Shown piece after piece: positions 49,617-58,631 of a stretch of DNA of 64,000 bases. The DNA comes from a virus (lineage: Duplodnaviria > Caudoviricetes): the IMG/VR virus record IMGVR_UViG_3300025715_000014, positions 32,001 through 96,000 of that record. One strand, given 5' to 3'. The number at the start of each line of letters is the position of its first letter. The first letter of the stretch is position 1. The notes below the pieces were generated by a model. That model was not told the origin of the DNA and searched no databases. It was given only the letters and a program-made list of their open reading frames with translations. A program made the translations under genes and the position numbers.

Positions 49617-50227
49617 AAGATATGGAAACTAGAAAGATATCGGTTAACGCTGAAGATCTCAAACCCAGTCAGAATGACCTATATTTAGGTCATATTTTTT
49701 CTAGATTTATTGTAAGAGATGATGAAAGAAAGTCAGTTTTAAACTCAAGCCTAAAAGATCTCGATATGATAATAAGTCAAGATGATTATATTATAGACGG
49801 ACACCATAGATGGGCTTTGGTTATGATATTAGATCCAACTTGCGAAATCATATGTACCCAAATCAAGAAAAAATTTGATGATATTATAGATGATTTGGAT
49901 GATATTTCCGATAAAGAACCACATAAAAAAAGCGGAGAGTTTAAATTAGAAGATTGGATCGATAAAAAAGATGATGTTGTGAAAAATAAGATAATTGATA
50001 TAATGAAGAATGCTATTAAAAACGGTGTTTCTGTTGGTGAAAACCACTATCAATCCGACAAAGATTGGAAATTGAAAAAATATTTAAAAAAAATAGGAAA
50101 AAAATTAGATATTGAAGAAGAAGATGTTATCGATTATCTTTATGATAATTTGAAAAAAATACCAAGAACGAATAAAAAGATAGAAAGAAAACATATGCCT
50201 CAAGTTAAAAAAGAGGATGTTGAATAA
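49613..50227 (+). CDS. ParB/Srx-like nuclease-domain protein
   Basis: LKPSQ, IISQDDYIIDGHHRWA. Confidence 0.75.
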   Translation: MKDMETRKISVNAEDLKPSQNDLYLGHIFSRFIVRDDERKSVLNSSLKDLDMIISQDDYIIDGHHRWALVMILDPTCEIICTQIKKKFDDIIDDLDDISDKEPHKKSGEFKLEDWIDKKDDVVKNKIIDIMKNAIKNGVSVGENHYQSDKDWKLKKYLKKIGKKLDIEEEDVIDYLYDNLKKIPRTNKKIERKHMPQVKKEDVE

Positions 50228-50654
50228 GAAAGAATTATTGATGACGGAAGTTCCAATTGAGATTTTTAAAATGCAAAAAGGTTATCATATTCTATGTAGA
50301 ATTAAAATAAAAAACAAAGAATATAGAGTAGTAATAGACACTGGTTCAACAGAAACTATATTCGATATAAAAAAAATAGGAAATATTTTTAAAGAAAAAA
50401 TAGAAAAAACTGATGATATAACATACGATTTTAATGGAAATCTTATAGAGAATGATGTAGTTGGAATTGAAGAATTTTTTATAGGTGACATAAAAATAAC
50501 AAACAGAAAAATAAAACTTTCTGATTTCAATAACTTCAACAACAATTTTCGTAAAAATGGATTACCTTTAATTGATGGTATAATCGGTAATGATATTCTA
50601 TATGAATATCAAGCTGTTATAGATTACAATAAAAGAATTCTTTATTTGTTGTAG
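50217..50654 (+). CDS. retropepsin-like aspartic protease
   Basis: VIDTGS, DGIIGNDIL, IDY. Confidence 0.85.
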   Translation: MLNKKELLMTEVPIEIFKMQKGYHILCRIKIKNKEYRVVIDTGSTETIFDIKKIGNIFKEKIEKTDDITYDFNGNLIENDVVGIEEFFIGDIKITNRKIKLSDFNNFNNNFRKNGLPLIDGIIGNDILYEYQAVIDYNKRILYLL

Positions 50655-51622
50655 GCTGGGTCGTAATTTGCCTTGTAAGTGTTATTCCAATATAAATTTT
50701 CACCATTTAATTTTTTTAAATTGTCACTGGTGGATAATAAATTGTATTTGAAATTAACATACATTGAATCAAATGGGCAATAATTTGGAAACTTCGTTTC
50801 TTCCAGTTGTATTATAAAATCGTAATTCAATCCATATGAAACCGCTCCCTTAGACTTCAAATGATTTGTTATCAGAATATCATTTATCGAACCGCCACCC
50901 AATTCACCGTAATAATTACCATATACTATTTGATGTGTACCAGCTTTATTTTTTCCGTTATCAACAAATTGTTCGCCTTCTTGAAAAGTTTTTCTGGCAA
51001 CAATTCTGCCTTCTCTTATCAAAACAACGGCTCCAATATTTTTTGGATTTTTCGTGTATATATCAAACCATGATTTATCAGGCTCGGCATAACCAGAACC
51101 CCCTGGCTCCTTCTGCCCGAAATTGGCACAAGTGAAACCAAACTTTTTTAAATCTAATTCTTTAGTATAGTTATAAGCTCTTAAAATATCATCACCTCTC
51201 AGCTCAACAATTTCCACTCCTTCTTTTGAAAAATTGTTTTTTAATTCCTTATTGAAAGCATCAATGTCCAATGGTGTCAAATTTTTATCTAAAAATTCAT
51301 CTTTATAAAATAATTTTATAGCTCTTGACATTTTCATCGAAGTCCTCCTTTTACTGTTCCATGGATCTGGTTCTTCATTAAAATATCTTGGTTTTAAAAA
51401 CGTCAGATTTCCTTCATTATCATATGATAGATAACTTGGAAGATCTTCTTGTAGATTATGTGGTTCCACAACAGCGTTGAATAAATCTATATAAAGAAAA
51501 GAAAGTTTGTTCTTTATTTTCATTAAAAGAGTATAAAGTTCGTTTGATATAAGAATTCCCCTTTTTCCTCTTATGTTCTTATATTGCTCGTTTATCAAGA
51601 ATTGTTTGAAATTTATAAGCAT
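50642..51622 (-). CDS. putative internal head protein
   Basis: Leader MLINFKQFLINEQ; internal EEPDPW. Confidence 0.65.
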   Translation of the reverse strand: MLINFKQFLINEQYKNIRGKRGILISNELYTLLMKIKNKLSFLYIDLFNAVVEPHNLQEDLPSYLSYDNEGNLTFLKPRYFNEEPDPWNSKRRTSMKMSRAIKLFYKDEFLDKNLTPLDIDAFNKELKNNFSKEGVEIVELRGDDILRAYNYTKELDLKKFGFTCANFGQKEPGGSGYAEPDKSWFDIYTKNPKNIGAVVLIREGRIVARKTFQEGEQFVDNGKNKAGTHQIVYGNYYGELGGGSINDILITNHLKSKGAVSYGLNYDFIIQLEETKFPNYCPFDSMYVNFKYNLLSTSDNLKKLNGENLYWNNTYKANYDPAYNK

Positions 51623-51691
51623 AGATTTTTTTTTTCTTTTTATACCTTATATATTAATTTTTTTTTCTTATTTTTTTTAATATATACAGAT

Positions 51692-52273
51692 ATGTTGAAG
51701 ACATTTGAAAAATTTTCTAATTTGTATCCAAAAAATAAATGGGTAAGATTAACTCTATATGACAAGGAATATCTAAAAGATGAATTGTTTGCTATAATAG
51801 ATAATGCTTATTCTCCAATTGGAGGTCATGTTAGAATTGTATCAGCCGATTCTATAGTGAAGGATAAAGATTTAACTTATTGGATAGCGGCGGATATAGA
51901 TTACGATCCGGATGTTGATATTGTTATATTTGGAAAGAAAACGAATTTTGGTTATAAAATATCTGGTTTTGGTCATGATGGTTTAATTAAATCTAAGATG
52001 TTATTAATGAAAAAGTTGGCACAAATATTAAAAAAACAAGGATATTATTTAGAAGTTTCTGGCAAACCAGCCGAAATATTAATAAACAACTATAATGTGT
52101 CATTCATTGATAGTGAAAAAGATATAGAAAAATTGTTTCCGGGCACATATATAAATTGGTATGGTAAGCACCCAGATGGAAAATATGGAATTATTGATGG
52201 ATTTTATAGTAGAATTTTGAATAATGGAGAATTAACAGAAGTAGAAATAATACTAGGTAATCCAAATATTTAA
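51692..52273 (+). CDS. putative internal head protein
   Basis: Probable start MLKTFEKF after a TATATA box. Confidence 0.65.
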   Translation: MLKTFEKFSNLYPKNKWVRLTLYDKEYLKDELFAIIDNAYSPIGGHVRIVSADSIVKDKDLTYWIAADIDYDPDVDIVIFGKKTNFGYKISGFGHDGLIKSKMLLMKKLAQILKKQGYYLEVSGKPAEILINNYNVSFIDSEKDIEKLFPGTYINWYGKHPDGKYGIIDGFYSRILNNGELTEVEIILGNPNI

Positions 52274-52345
52274 AAAAATATTATTTTATTGACTTAAATT
52301 ATTTTATATATATGTTAGTATATAAAAATAATAATTTAATAAGTA

Positions 52346-53065
52346 ATGGTCGCACTTTTTAAAAAACCTTCTTCAACATCAGGTACATCTGGCACATCAT
52401 CTTTATATGATGCGACATTGGTTAGAAACGGAACATCTGGAACATCTGGAACATCTGGAAAATCTGGAACATCTGGAAAGAATGGCACGTCTGGAACATC
52501 TGGAACAGGATTATCTGGTTCACCTGGTACCTCTGGAACATCTGGAATAGGATTGCCTGGTTCACCTGGTACATCTGGAACATCTGGAACAGGATCACCT
52601 GGCACATCTGGAACATCTGGAACAGGATCACCTGGCACATCTGGAACATCTGGAACAGGATCACCAGGATTGCCTGGTTCACCTGGTACATCTGGGACAT
52701 CTGGGGCGGGATTACCCGGTACATCAGGCACATCTGGTAAAAATGGAACATCTGGCACTTCTGGGGTTGGAACACCTGGTACATCAGGCACATCTGGTAA
52801 AAATGGAACATCTGGCACTTCTTCTAATTACACACAAGGTGGTGGCATCAATATAAGTAACAATATAATTAGTGCTAACATTGATAATAACACAATAAAA
52901 TTGTCTGGTTCAACAATGTATATAGAAACAAAGGAATTTTGGTCGCCTGCTCCATCATCTCCGACTTCAAAAGGTATCGCTGGTGATATGGCTTACAGTT
53001 CATCTTATTTATATATTTGTGTTGCTGCGAATACTTGGAAAAGACTGACATTATCTTCATTTTGA
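52346..53065 (+). CDS. collagen-like (Gly-Thr-Ser)n fibre protein
   Basis: About 130 aa of G-X-Y (GTS) repeats; C-terminal P.S.G..GD.AY...YLYICVAANTWKR fibre domain. Confidence 0.8.
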   Translation: MVALFKKPSSTSGTSGTSSLYDATLVRNGTSGTSGTSGKSGTSGKNGTSGTSGTGLSGSPGTSGTSGIGLPGSPGTSGTSGTGSPGTSGTSGTGSPGTSGTSGTGSPGLPGSPGTSGTSGAGLPGTSGTSGKNGTSGTSGVGTPGTSGTSGKNGTSGTSSNYTQGGGINISNNIISANIDNNTIKLSGSTMYIETKEFWSPAPSSPTSKGIAGDMAYSSSYLYICVAANTWKRLTLSSF

Positions 53066-53140
53066 GTTGTAATTATCTGACAAATAGTATATTATTTGTT
53101 AATATTATAACTTTGTTATCTGAATAACAAACATCGTGCC

Positions 53141-53178
53141 AAACATCGATTTTTTTTGAAAAAATCGATGTTTTTTTA
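53141..53178. terminator. inverted repeat / terminator
   Basis: aaacatcgattttt-ttgaa-aaaatcgatgttt followed by a T run. Confidence 0.6.
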
Positions 53179-53273
53179 TTTTTTTATCAAACTTTTTTAT
53201 AACTTTGTTCTATAAAATATAGAAATCAAGTAATTAATAATATTATTAATAAATTTAAAAAAAAAAACGCATT

Positions 53274-53618
53274 ATGGAAACATCAAAAGAAAATCTGGAA
53301 TTTAAAGGAGTATTCTTTGAATCCTTATCAAGAAACAACAGTAAGATCAGAAAAGATCGCGCTGTTTCTATCGCTGAAGACGCTGAGATGATCTATCGCA
53401 GAGAAATCGAAGATATGATTGTCGAATTGAAAAAACTGAGAAGGGAGCGTGAAAACATGCTCGATTTATCGCCTACAACAACAGATAGTTTGATATTAGC
53501 ATCTGATTTTAATTCTAAAGATTTCGTTAAGAGAGATTTGGACTTAGCTGTTAGAATCAGGAATTTGGAAATCAAACTGGAACTAGCCGAAGATAGATTT
53601 AAGTACTTATTCACCTAA
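53274..53618 (+). CDS. coiled-coil hypothetical protein
   Basis: 114 aa; first gene of the VWA cluster. Confidence 0.7.
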   Translation: METSKENLEFKGVFFESLSRNNSKIRKDRAVSIAEDAEMIYRREIEDMIVELKKLRRERENMLDLSPTTTDSLILASDFNSKDFVKRDLDLAVRIRNLEIKLELAEDRFKYLFT

Positions 53619-53635
53619 AAAAAAAATTAAAAGTC

Positions 53636-54502
53636 ATGGGATACACTAGGTATATACAAGAAGATAGAGCTTTAAGATCGGCCAGTCTTGGTTACGCCAC
53701 AAAAAGCGCTAATGAAATCTTTACACAAAGCTCTTTGAAACGAATACACGAATCAATGTCCCCAACAGGAATCAATAAAAGAGAGTGTTTTGATTCCGAA
53801 AATCACCCAAATACAATACCAGTGATATTGGTACTTGATGTAACTGGAAGTATGGGAAAAATACCACATTTACTCGTACAAGATGGATTACCAAAACTTA
53901 TGGAAAAGCTTTTATCGAATGGCCTGGATGACGCTTCAATATTGTTTTTGGGAGTTGGTGATCACACAATAGACAGAGCTCCTTTACAAGTCGGACAATT
54001 TGAGTCGGGTGATGCAGAATTAGATTTGTGGCTGACCAGAACTTGGTTGGAAGGCGGCGGTGGAGGAAATGAAGGTGAAAGTTATTTTCTATCTTGGTAC
54101 TTCGCTGCTAATCACACTGTTACTGACGCCTTTGAGAAAAGGGGAGAAAAAGGATTTCTTATTACGGTTGGAGACGAGCCATGTTTAAAAATACTACCAA
54201 AAAATGTCATAAAAGAATTATTTGGTGATGATGTTGAAAAATCTTATACTGATTATGAATTATTAGAAATGGTAAGTGAAAAATGGAATGTTTATCATTT
54301 ACATATAAATCACGGCCCAAGATCTGAAAAAGCAATGGGATACTGGAAGGAACTTTTAGGAGATCATTGTATAGAAGTAAAAGATTATAAGACTGTTCCA
54401 CAAGATATTTCTGATGTGATTTTATCTAACGGTTTTTCGCCATCAAAGAAATCGATACCACAAATTGATGAATTTATCAAAGAAGACGATTTCATTTTGT
54501 AA
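53636..54502 (+). CDS. VWA-domain protein
   Basis: MIDAS motif LDVTGSMG, EGGGGGNEGESY, TVGDE. Confidence 0.85.
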   Translation: MGYTRYIQEDRALRSASLGYATKSANEIFTQSSLKRIHESMSPTGINKRECFDSENHPNTIPVILVLDVTGSMGKIPHLLVQDGLPKLMEKLLSNGLDDASILFLGVGDHTIDRAPLQVGQFESGDAELDLWLTRTWLEGGGGGNEGESYFLSWYFAANHTVTDAFEKRGEKGFLITVGDEPCLKILPKNVIKELFGDDVEKSYTDYELLEMVSEKWNVYHLHINHGPRSEKAMGYWKELLGDHCIEVKDYKTVPQDISDVILSNGFSPSKKSIPQIDEFIKEDDFIL

Positions 54503-54510
54503 AAGAAAAA

Positions 54511-54543
54511 AAAAACGGGGAGAATAAACCTCCCCGTTTTTTT
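54511..54543 (+). terminator. intrinsic terminator
   Basis: aaaacggggag-aataaac-ctccccgtttt followed by a T run. Confidence 0.75.
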
Positions 54544-54595
54544 ATTAAAATAAAAATAACTAATTTTGCTACTAAATAAAATAAACAGTAAAAAT

Positions 54596-55699
54596 ATGAA
54601 ATCTCACATTGTCATTGGATTAGGCTTCGGCGACGAGGGTAAGGGAACAATGGTTGATTACTTGGTTTCAAAAACAAACAAAAACATAGTCGTTCGTTTT
54701 TCAGGTGGTCAACAGTGCGGACACACTGTAATTAGAAATGGTATAAAACATGTTTTTTCTAATTTTGGTAGCGGTTCCATACAAAATGTGCCAAGTTATT
54801 TTAGTGAGCATACGACAATATTTCTAAATACCATAGAAAAAGAGAAAATATTATTAAAAGAAAAAGGAATCGATCCAATATTATATGTTCACCCCATAGC
54901 TAAATTGACAACGCCATATGACGTCGCATACAATAGAATTATATCTAGAGTGAATGGACACGGTAGTTGCGGATTAGGTATAGGTCAGACAATGAGCCGC
55001 AATATATCAACAGGATATAAATTATTTGCTATTGATTTGATCAATAAGCCTATGTTAAAAGTAAAATTAGAAAATATTAAAAATTACTATGAAAATCTGT
55101 GTAAAATTGGTGATTTGAAAAATTTTGTAGAAGAGTATTCAAAATTGGAGGAAGACTTTTTTAGAATAATTGATAGTGAGGATTCATTATTTGAAATCGA
55201 AGATTACGAAATATTGAAATCATGTGATAATTTGATTTTTGAAGGTTCACAGGGTATCTTATTAGATATGGATCATGGCATCTTCCCAAATGTGACTTAT
55301 GCTAATACCTCTTCAAAAAATGCTATAGAGATATGTAAAAAAATTGGTTGTGATGATATTGAAACATATTGTGTTACAAGATGTTACCAAACCAGACACG
55401 GCCATGGATGGATGAGTAATGATAAAGAAATAGAATTGATAAACAACGAAGAAGAGATAAATGTGTTAAACGAATATCAGGGTGAGTTTAGAATAAGTGA
55501 AATAGATTATGATTTAATAAATTATTCATTATCAGTAGATAACATTTACAATAAAACTGAAAAAAGTTTAGTTGTAACTTGTTTGGATCAAAGACCTGAT
55601 TTTAAGTTTAATTATGATGTGATAAAGAACATTGAAAAATTCAAAGTTTATATTTCTGAATCACCTGTATCGAGCAACATTTATGTCGATAGATTTTAA
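54596..55699 (+). CDS. purA: adenylosuccinate synthetase-like protein
   Basis: GLGFGDEGKG, RFSGGQQCGHT, HGSCGLGIG, FEGSQGILLD, TRHG; probable start MKSHIV. Confidence 0.8.
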   Translation: MKSHIVIGLGFGDEGKGTMVDYLVSKTNKNIVVRFSGGQQCGHTVIRNGIKHVFSNFGSGSIQNVPSYFSEHTTIFLNTIEKEKILLKEKGIDPILYVHPIAKLTTPYDVAYNRIISRVNGHGSCGLGIGQTMSRNISTGYKLFAIDLINKPMLKVKLENIKNYYENLCKIGDLKNFVEEYSKLEEDFFRIIDSEDSLFEIEDYEILKSCDNLIFEGSQGILLDMDHGIFPNVTYANTSSKNAIEICKKIGCDDIETYCVTRCYQTRHGHGWMSNDKEIELINNEEEINVLNEYQGEFRISEIDYDLINYSLSVDNIYNKTEKSLVVTCLDQRPDFKFNYDVIKNIEKFKVYISESPVSSNIYVDRF

Positions 55700-55722
55700 T
55701 ATATAATAGAAAAAATGGAATT

Positions 55723-56334
55723 ATGAAAACACTTTTTGTTATTAATCCTCATTCAATTATTGATGTTATAACTAATTCATCATCAGAACTTTATGTTTTT
55801 AAAGGGAAAAATAAGGAAACTATTGAAAAAATGATAGAAGAAATTTATCCAAATTATTTGAGAGAATATGAACCCATTGTTAATATAACGGAATTGAGTT
55901 CGGGCGAATTGAATAATTTTATTTGGTATCATACTCAACCCGATGGATGGCCTTCTAATAGAGAAGATTATAATTTGATTGGTGATTACACATTCGATGA
56001 ATTATATGAACCTGTGAACAGATTTGGTAGAATTGAATATAGGTTGAAAGATAATAGGTTTAAAAAAACAAAAATTAAAAAATTTAATGATTTCAAAAAA
56101 AATGATTTAGATGATCCCTGGGGGGAAGAATCTAATGATAATATTGATGTAATTGATCAATATGAATTGAGAGATTGGATGAGAAAGTTTGTCACAGATG
56201 ATAATATTCAAGAAGTAATAAATAGAATAGATCCAGATCACGAGATGTATTTTATGTATTCTATTGGGGAAAATCCTGATTGGGAAGAGCAAGAAAAATT
56301 AATGAAAATCGGAGATAGATATCACTTAGGTTAA
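55723..56334 (+). CDS. ITNSSS-motif protein with internal DPWGEE insert
   Basis: HSIIDVITNSSSELY; KIKKFNDFKKNDLDDPWGEE. Confidence 0.7.
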   Translation: MKTLFVINPHSIIDVITNSSSELYVFKGKNKETIEKMIEEIYPNYLREYEPIVNITELSSGELNNFIWYHTQPDGWPSNREDYNLIGDYTFDELYEPVNRFGRIEYRLKDNRFKKTKIKKFNDFKKNDLDDPWGEESNDNIDVIDQYELRDWMRKFVTDDNIQEVINRIDPDHEMYFMYSIGENPDWEEQEKLMKIGDRYHLG

Positions 56335-56335
56335 A

Positions 56336-57169
56336 ATGTTGAAGATAAGGGAAGATATAAGCTCTAATTACAGAGCTGTGTGGATAAATGGCAAAACAAT
56401 AAGATTCACCATTAAAAAAAATATGCCAATCTCTGAATTGGAATATCCAGAATTCTATGATGTTAAGTTGACCGGGAAATGTTCTCACGGCGGTTGTGAA
56501 TCGTGTTATATGGATAGTAGTCGGAATGATTTCCATTATGAAAACATAGTTGATAAGATTCTGGATTATTTTGGTAAAATGGATGAAAATCAAAGACCTT
56601 TCCAAATAGCTTTCGGTGGCGGAGAACCAACAGAACATCCAGATTTTTTAAGCATTTTAAAAACGACGCGTGAGTTAGGTATAGTTCCAAATTACACGAC
56701 AAATGGGTCCTTTATAATTTTTGATAACAAAGATTCTATAATAGAGTACACAAAAAAATATTGCGGAGGAGTCGCAGTGTCTTGTCACAAACATTTAGAA
56801 AAATATTGGAAAAAAGCCGCTGAATTATTCTTGGAAAATGGAATAATGACAAATTTCCATATTGTTATATCGGATAGTGCTAGTATTGATTATTTTTTAG
56901 ATATTTATAGCGAATGGGAAGATAAAATTTCTTATTTTGTTTTGTTGCCGATAATAAATAAGGGCAGATGTAAAGACAAAAACATTGATTTTGATTATCT
57001 AAAGAAGATGTTACCCGAGAATAAAAACAAACTAGCTTTCGGCGCGCACTTCTATGATTTTCTAAAAGAAAATAAAGAAATCGGAGCGTCTTTATACGAA
57101 CCAGAAATAATGTCAAAGTTTTTGGATCTAAAAGATATGAAGTTATATAAAAGTAGTTTCGATTTTTAA
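56336..57169 (+). CDS. radical SAM protein
   Basis: CSHGGCESC (CX4CX2C), FGGGEPT, NYTTNG. Confidence 0.88.
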   Translation: MLKIREDISSNYRAVWINGKTIRFTIKKNMPISELEYPEFYDVKLTGKCSHGGCESCYMDSSRNDFHYENIVDKILDYFGKMDENQRPFQIAFGGGEPTEHPDFLSILKTTRELGIVPNYTTNGSFIIFDNKDSIIEYTKKYCGGVAVSCHKHLEKYWKKAAELFLENGIMTNFHIVISDSASIDYFLDIYSEWEDKISYFVLLPIINKGRCKDKNIDFDYLKKMLPENKNKLAFGAHFYDFLKENKEIGASLYEPEIMSKFLDLKDMKLYKSSFDF

Positions 57170-57246
57170 AAAACATATATGAATGATTTTCTAAAAAATT
57201 TTCCTTTTATTGGTAACTTCAGACAATAGATGTTAAAAAAGGAGTA

Positions 57247-58179
57247 TCAATACGATGAAACAGGTATTTGATATATTAGTTTCACGTTACAAATGAAAAA
57301 ATTATATTTGTCTGTGTTATTGGATACAATTGGATTTTCTTTTGAATTTGAATAATTCATATTAATATCTATTCCATACATATCTTTGGACCAACCTCTG
57401 AAAACGAACTCGAAAGAATAATAATCCTTTTCTTGATTATCTAAGAATTGTTTCCCGTATGAAATTCTTGGTATCATGATGAAATCATCACCATTGATAA
57501 GAAATTTATAAAAAATTGTGCCGGAATATATGTCGTAGTTTATTGGACTAAAATAATGCTCGGATGTAAAATCCATGTCGGAAATTTTTGAAGTTAATAT
57601 TAACCCGAGATTTTTAGTAGGATATCCGACAATCTTAAATGTTTTTATCCCGCGTGTATTTTTATCTGTGATTATTTGATATACATAAGCTCCAACAAAT
57701 GTTAGTCTATTACTTAAAAATGAATAGTCCATAGATAGACTATTGTCGAAAAAGCATAGATTGTTTTTTATAGAGTATAGTGTTCCTATATAATCCTTGG
57801 AACCATTGAATTCAAAATACATATGATTACTCGGTCTAACTGTCATCAAAACATCATATTTCAATAAAGAACTGCCGTCTCCGAAAACATAATCAAAATT
57901 GAAATTGGATTTCAAAAATCCAACGGAATCTTTTATTTGATAATTCAGTCCAAAATAATTCAGGACAATATTATCGTTATCCTCTGTCGTCTCGTGTGTT
58001 CCGAATTTCGCACCTAGCATTAAATTTTTGTTTAATATGTGGTTGTATCCAATGTCATACTTCCAAAAACTTGTTTTATCGCTATCTCCAAAATGGTAGA
58101 CGTTAGTTTGAATTCTTTGCCCGAATCCAAATAGAGATAAAATTAAAAATAAAGTTGCAAAAAATGTTGATTTTTTCAT
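57247..58179 (-). CDS. outer-membrane beta-barrel (PgaA/YaiO-like)
   Basis: Signal peptide, alternating aromatic strands, YFSP motif. Confidence 0.6.
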   Translation of the reverse strand: MKKSTFFATLFLILSLFGFGQRIQTNVYHFGDSDKTSFWKYDIGYNHILNKNLMLGAKFGTHETTEDNDNIVLNYFGLNYQIKDSVGFLKSNFNFDYVFGDGSSLLKYDVLMTVRPSNHMYFEFNGSKDYIGTLYSIKNNLCFFDNSLSMDYSFLSNRLTFVGAYVYQIITDKNTRGIKTFKIVGYPTKNLGLILTSKISDMDFTSEHYFSPINYDIYSGTIFYKFLINGDDFIMIPRISYGKQFLDNQEKDYYSFEFVFRGWSKDMYGIDINMNYSNSKENPIVSNNTDKYNFFICNVKLIYQIPVSSY

Positions 58180-58631
58180 TTCTTTGAAATTTTAAAATTG
58201 TTAAGATTTATTTTATATCCTCTTATAAAAGACTCAATGTTCAAATGATGATTCATATTGTCTATTAATGATTTGGATTGTTCGTAGCAGTCGATGCCTT
58301 TCGATTCGCCGCTGTGTAATAAAAATGTTGTTGGATATTTTGTTATTTTGGATTGATCGCCAACACAGAGCTCTATTTTCCATTTATCACCATATTCCCA
58401 ATATCTTTTGTCCACACAACGAGTCAAGAAAAAAAGTCCCTGCTCTCCTTTTTGGGTAAAATCCACTACATAAAAAAATATTCTCATCGGATTTTTATTG
58501 TGTCCAGAGCAACTTTCAAAGGTTTTTAAACCAGGCAAAGAATTTATAGCATCACAAATATCAACGACTTCTTTGTCTATTTGTGAATCGTATTCAAAAT
58601 GACCATCTATTTTTATTATTTCGTTTCCCAT
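58176..58631 (-). CDS. TYW3-like domain protein
   Basis: ID.EV...CDAINSLPGLKTFESCSGH. Confidence 0.5.
   Translation of the reverse strand: MGNEIIKIDGHFEYDSQIDKEVVDICDAINSLPGLKTFESCSGHNKNPMRIFFYVVDFTQKGEQGLFFLTRCVDKRYWEYGDKWKIELCVGDQSKITKYPTTFLLHSGESKGIDCYEQSKSLIDNMNHHLNIESFIRGYKINLNNFKISKK

Noticed and set aside
52336-52818. Minus-strand PDV-repeat and FQM-repeat ORFs
   Set aside because: Shadow frames of the 9-nt GTS repeat on the plus strand
54596-55699. PurZ / 2-aminoadenine genome
   Set aside because: The catalytic motif is GDEGKG (Asp), not the Ser form of PurZ, and no datZ or mazZ gene is recognisable nearby
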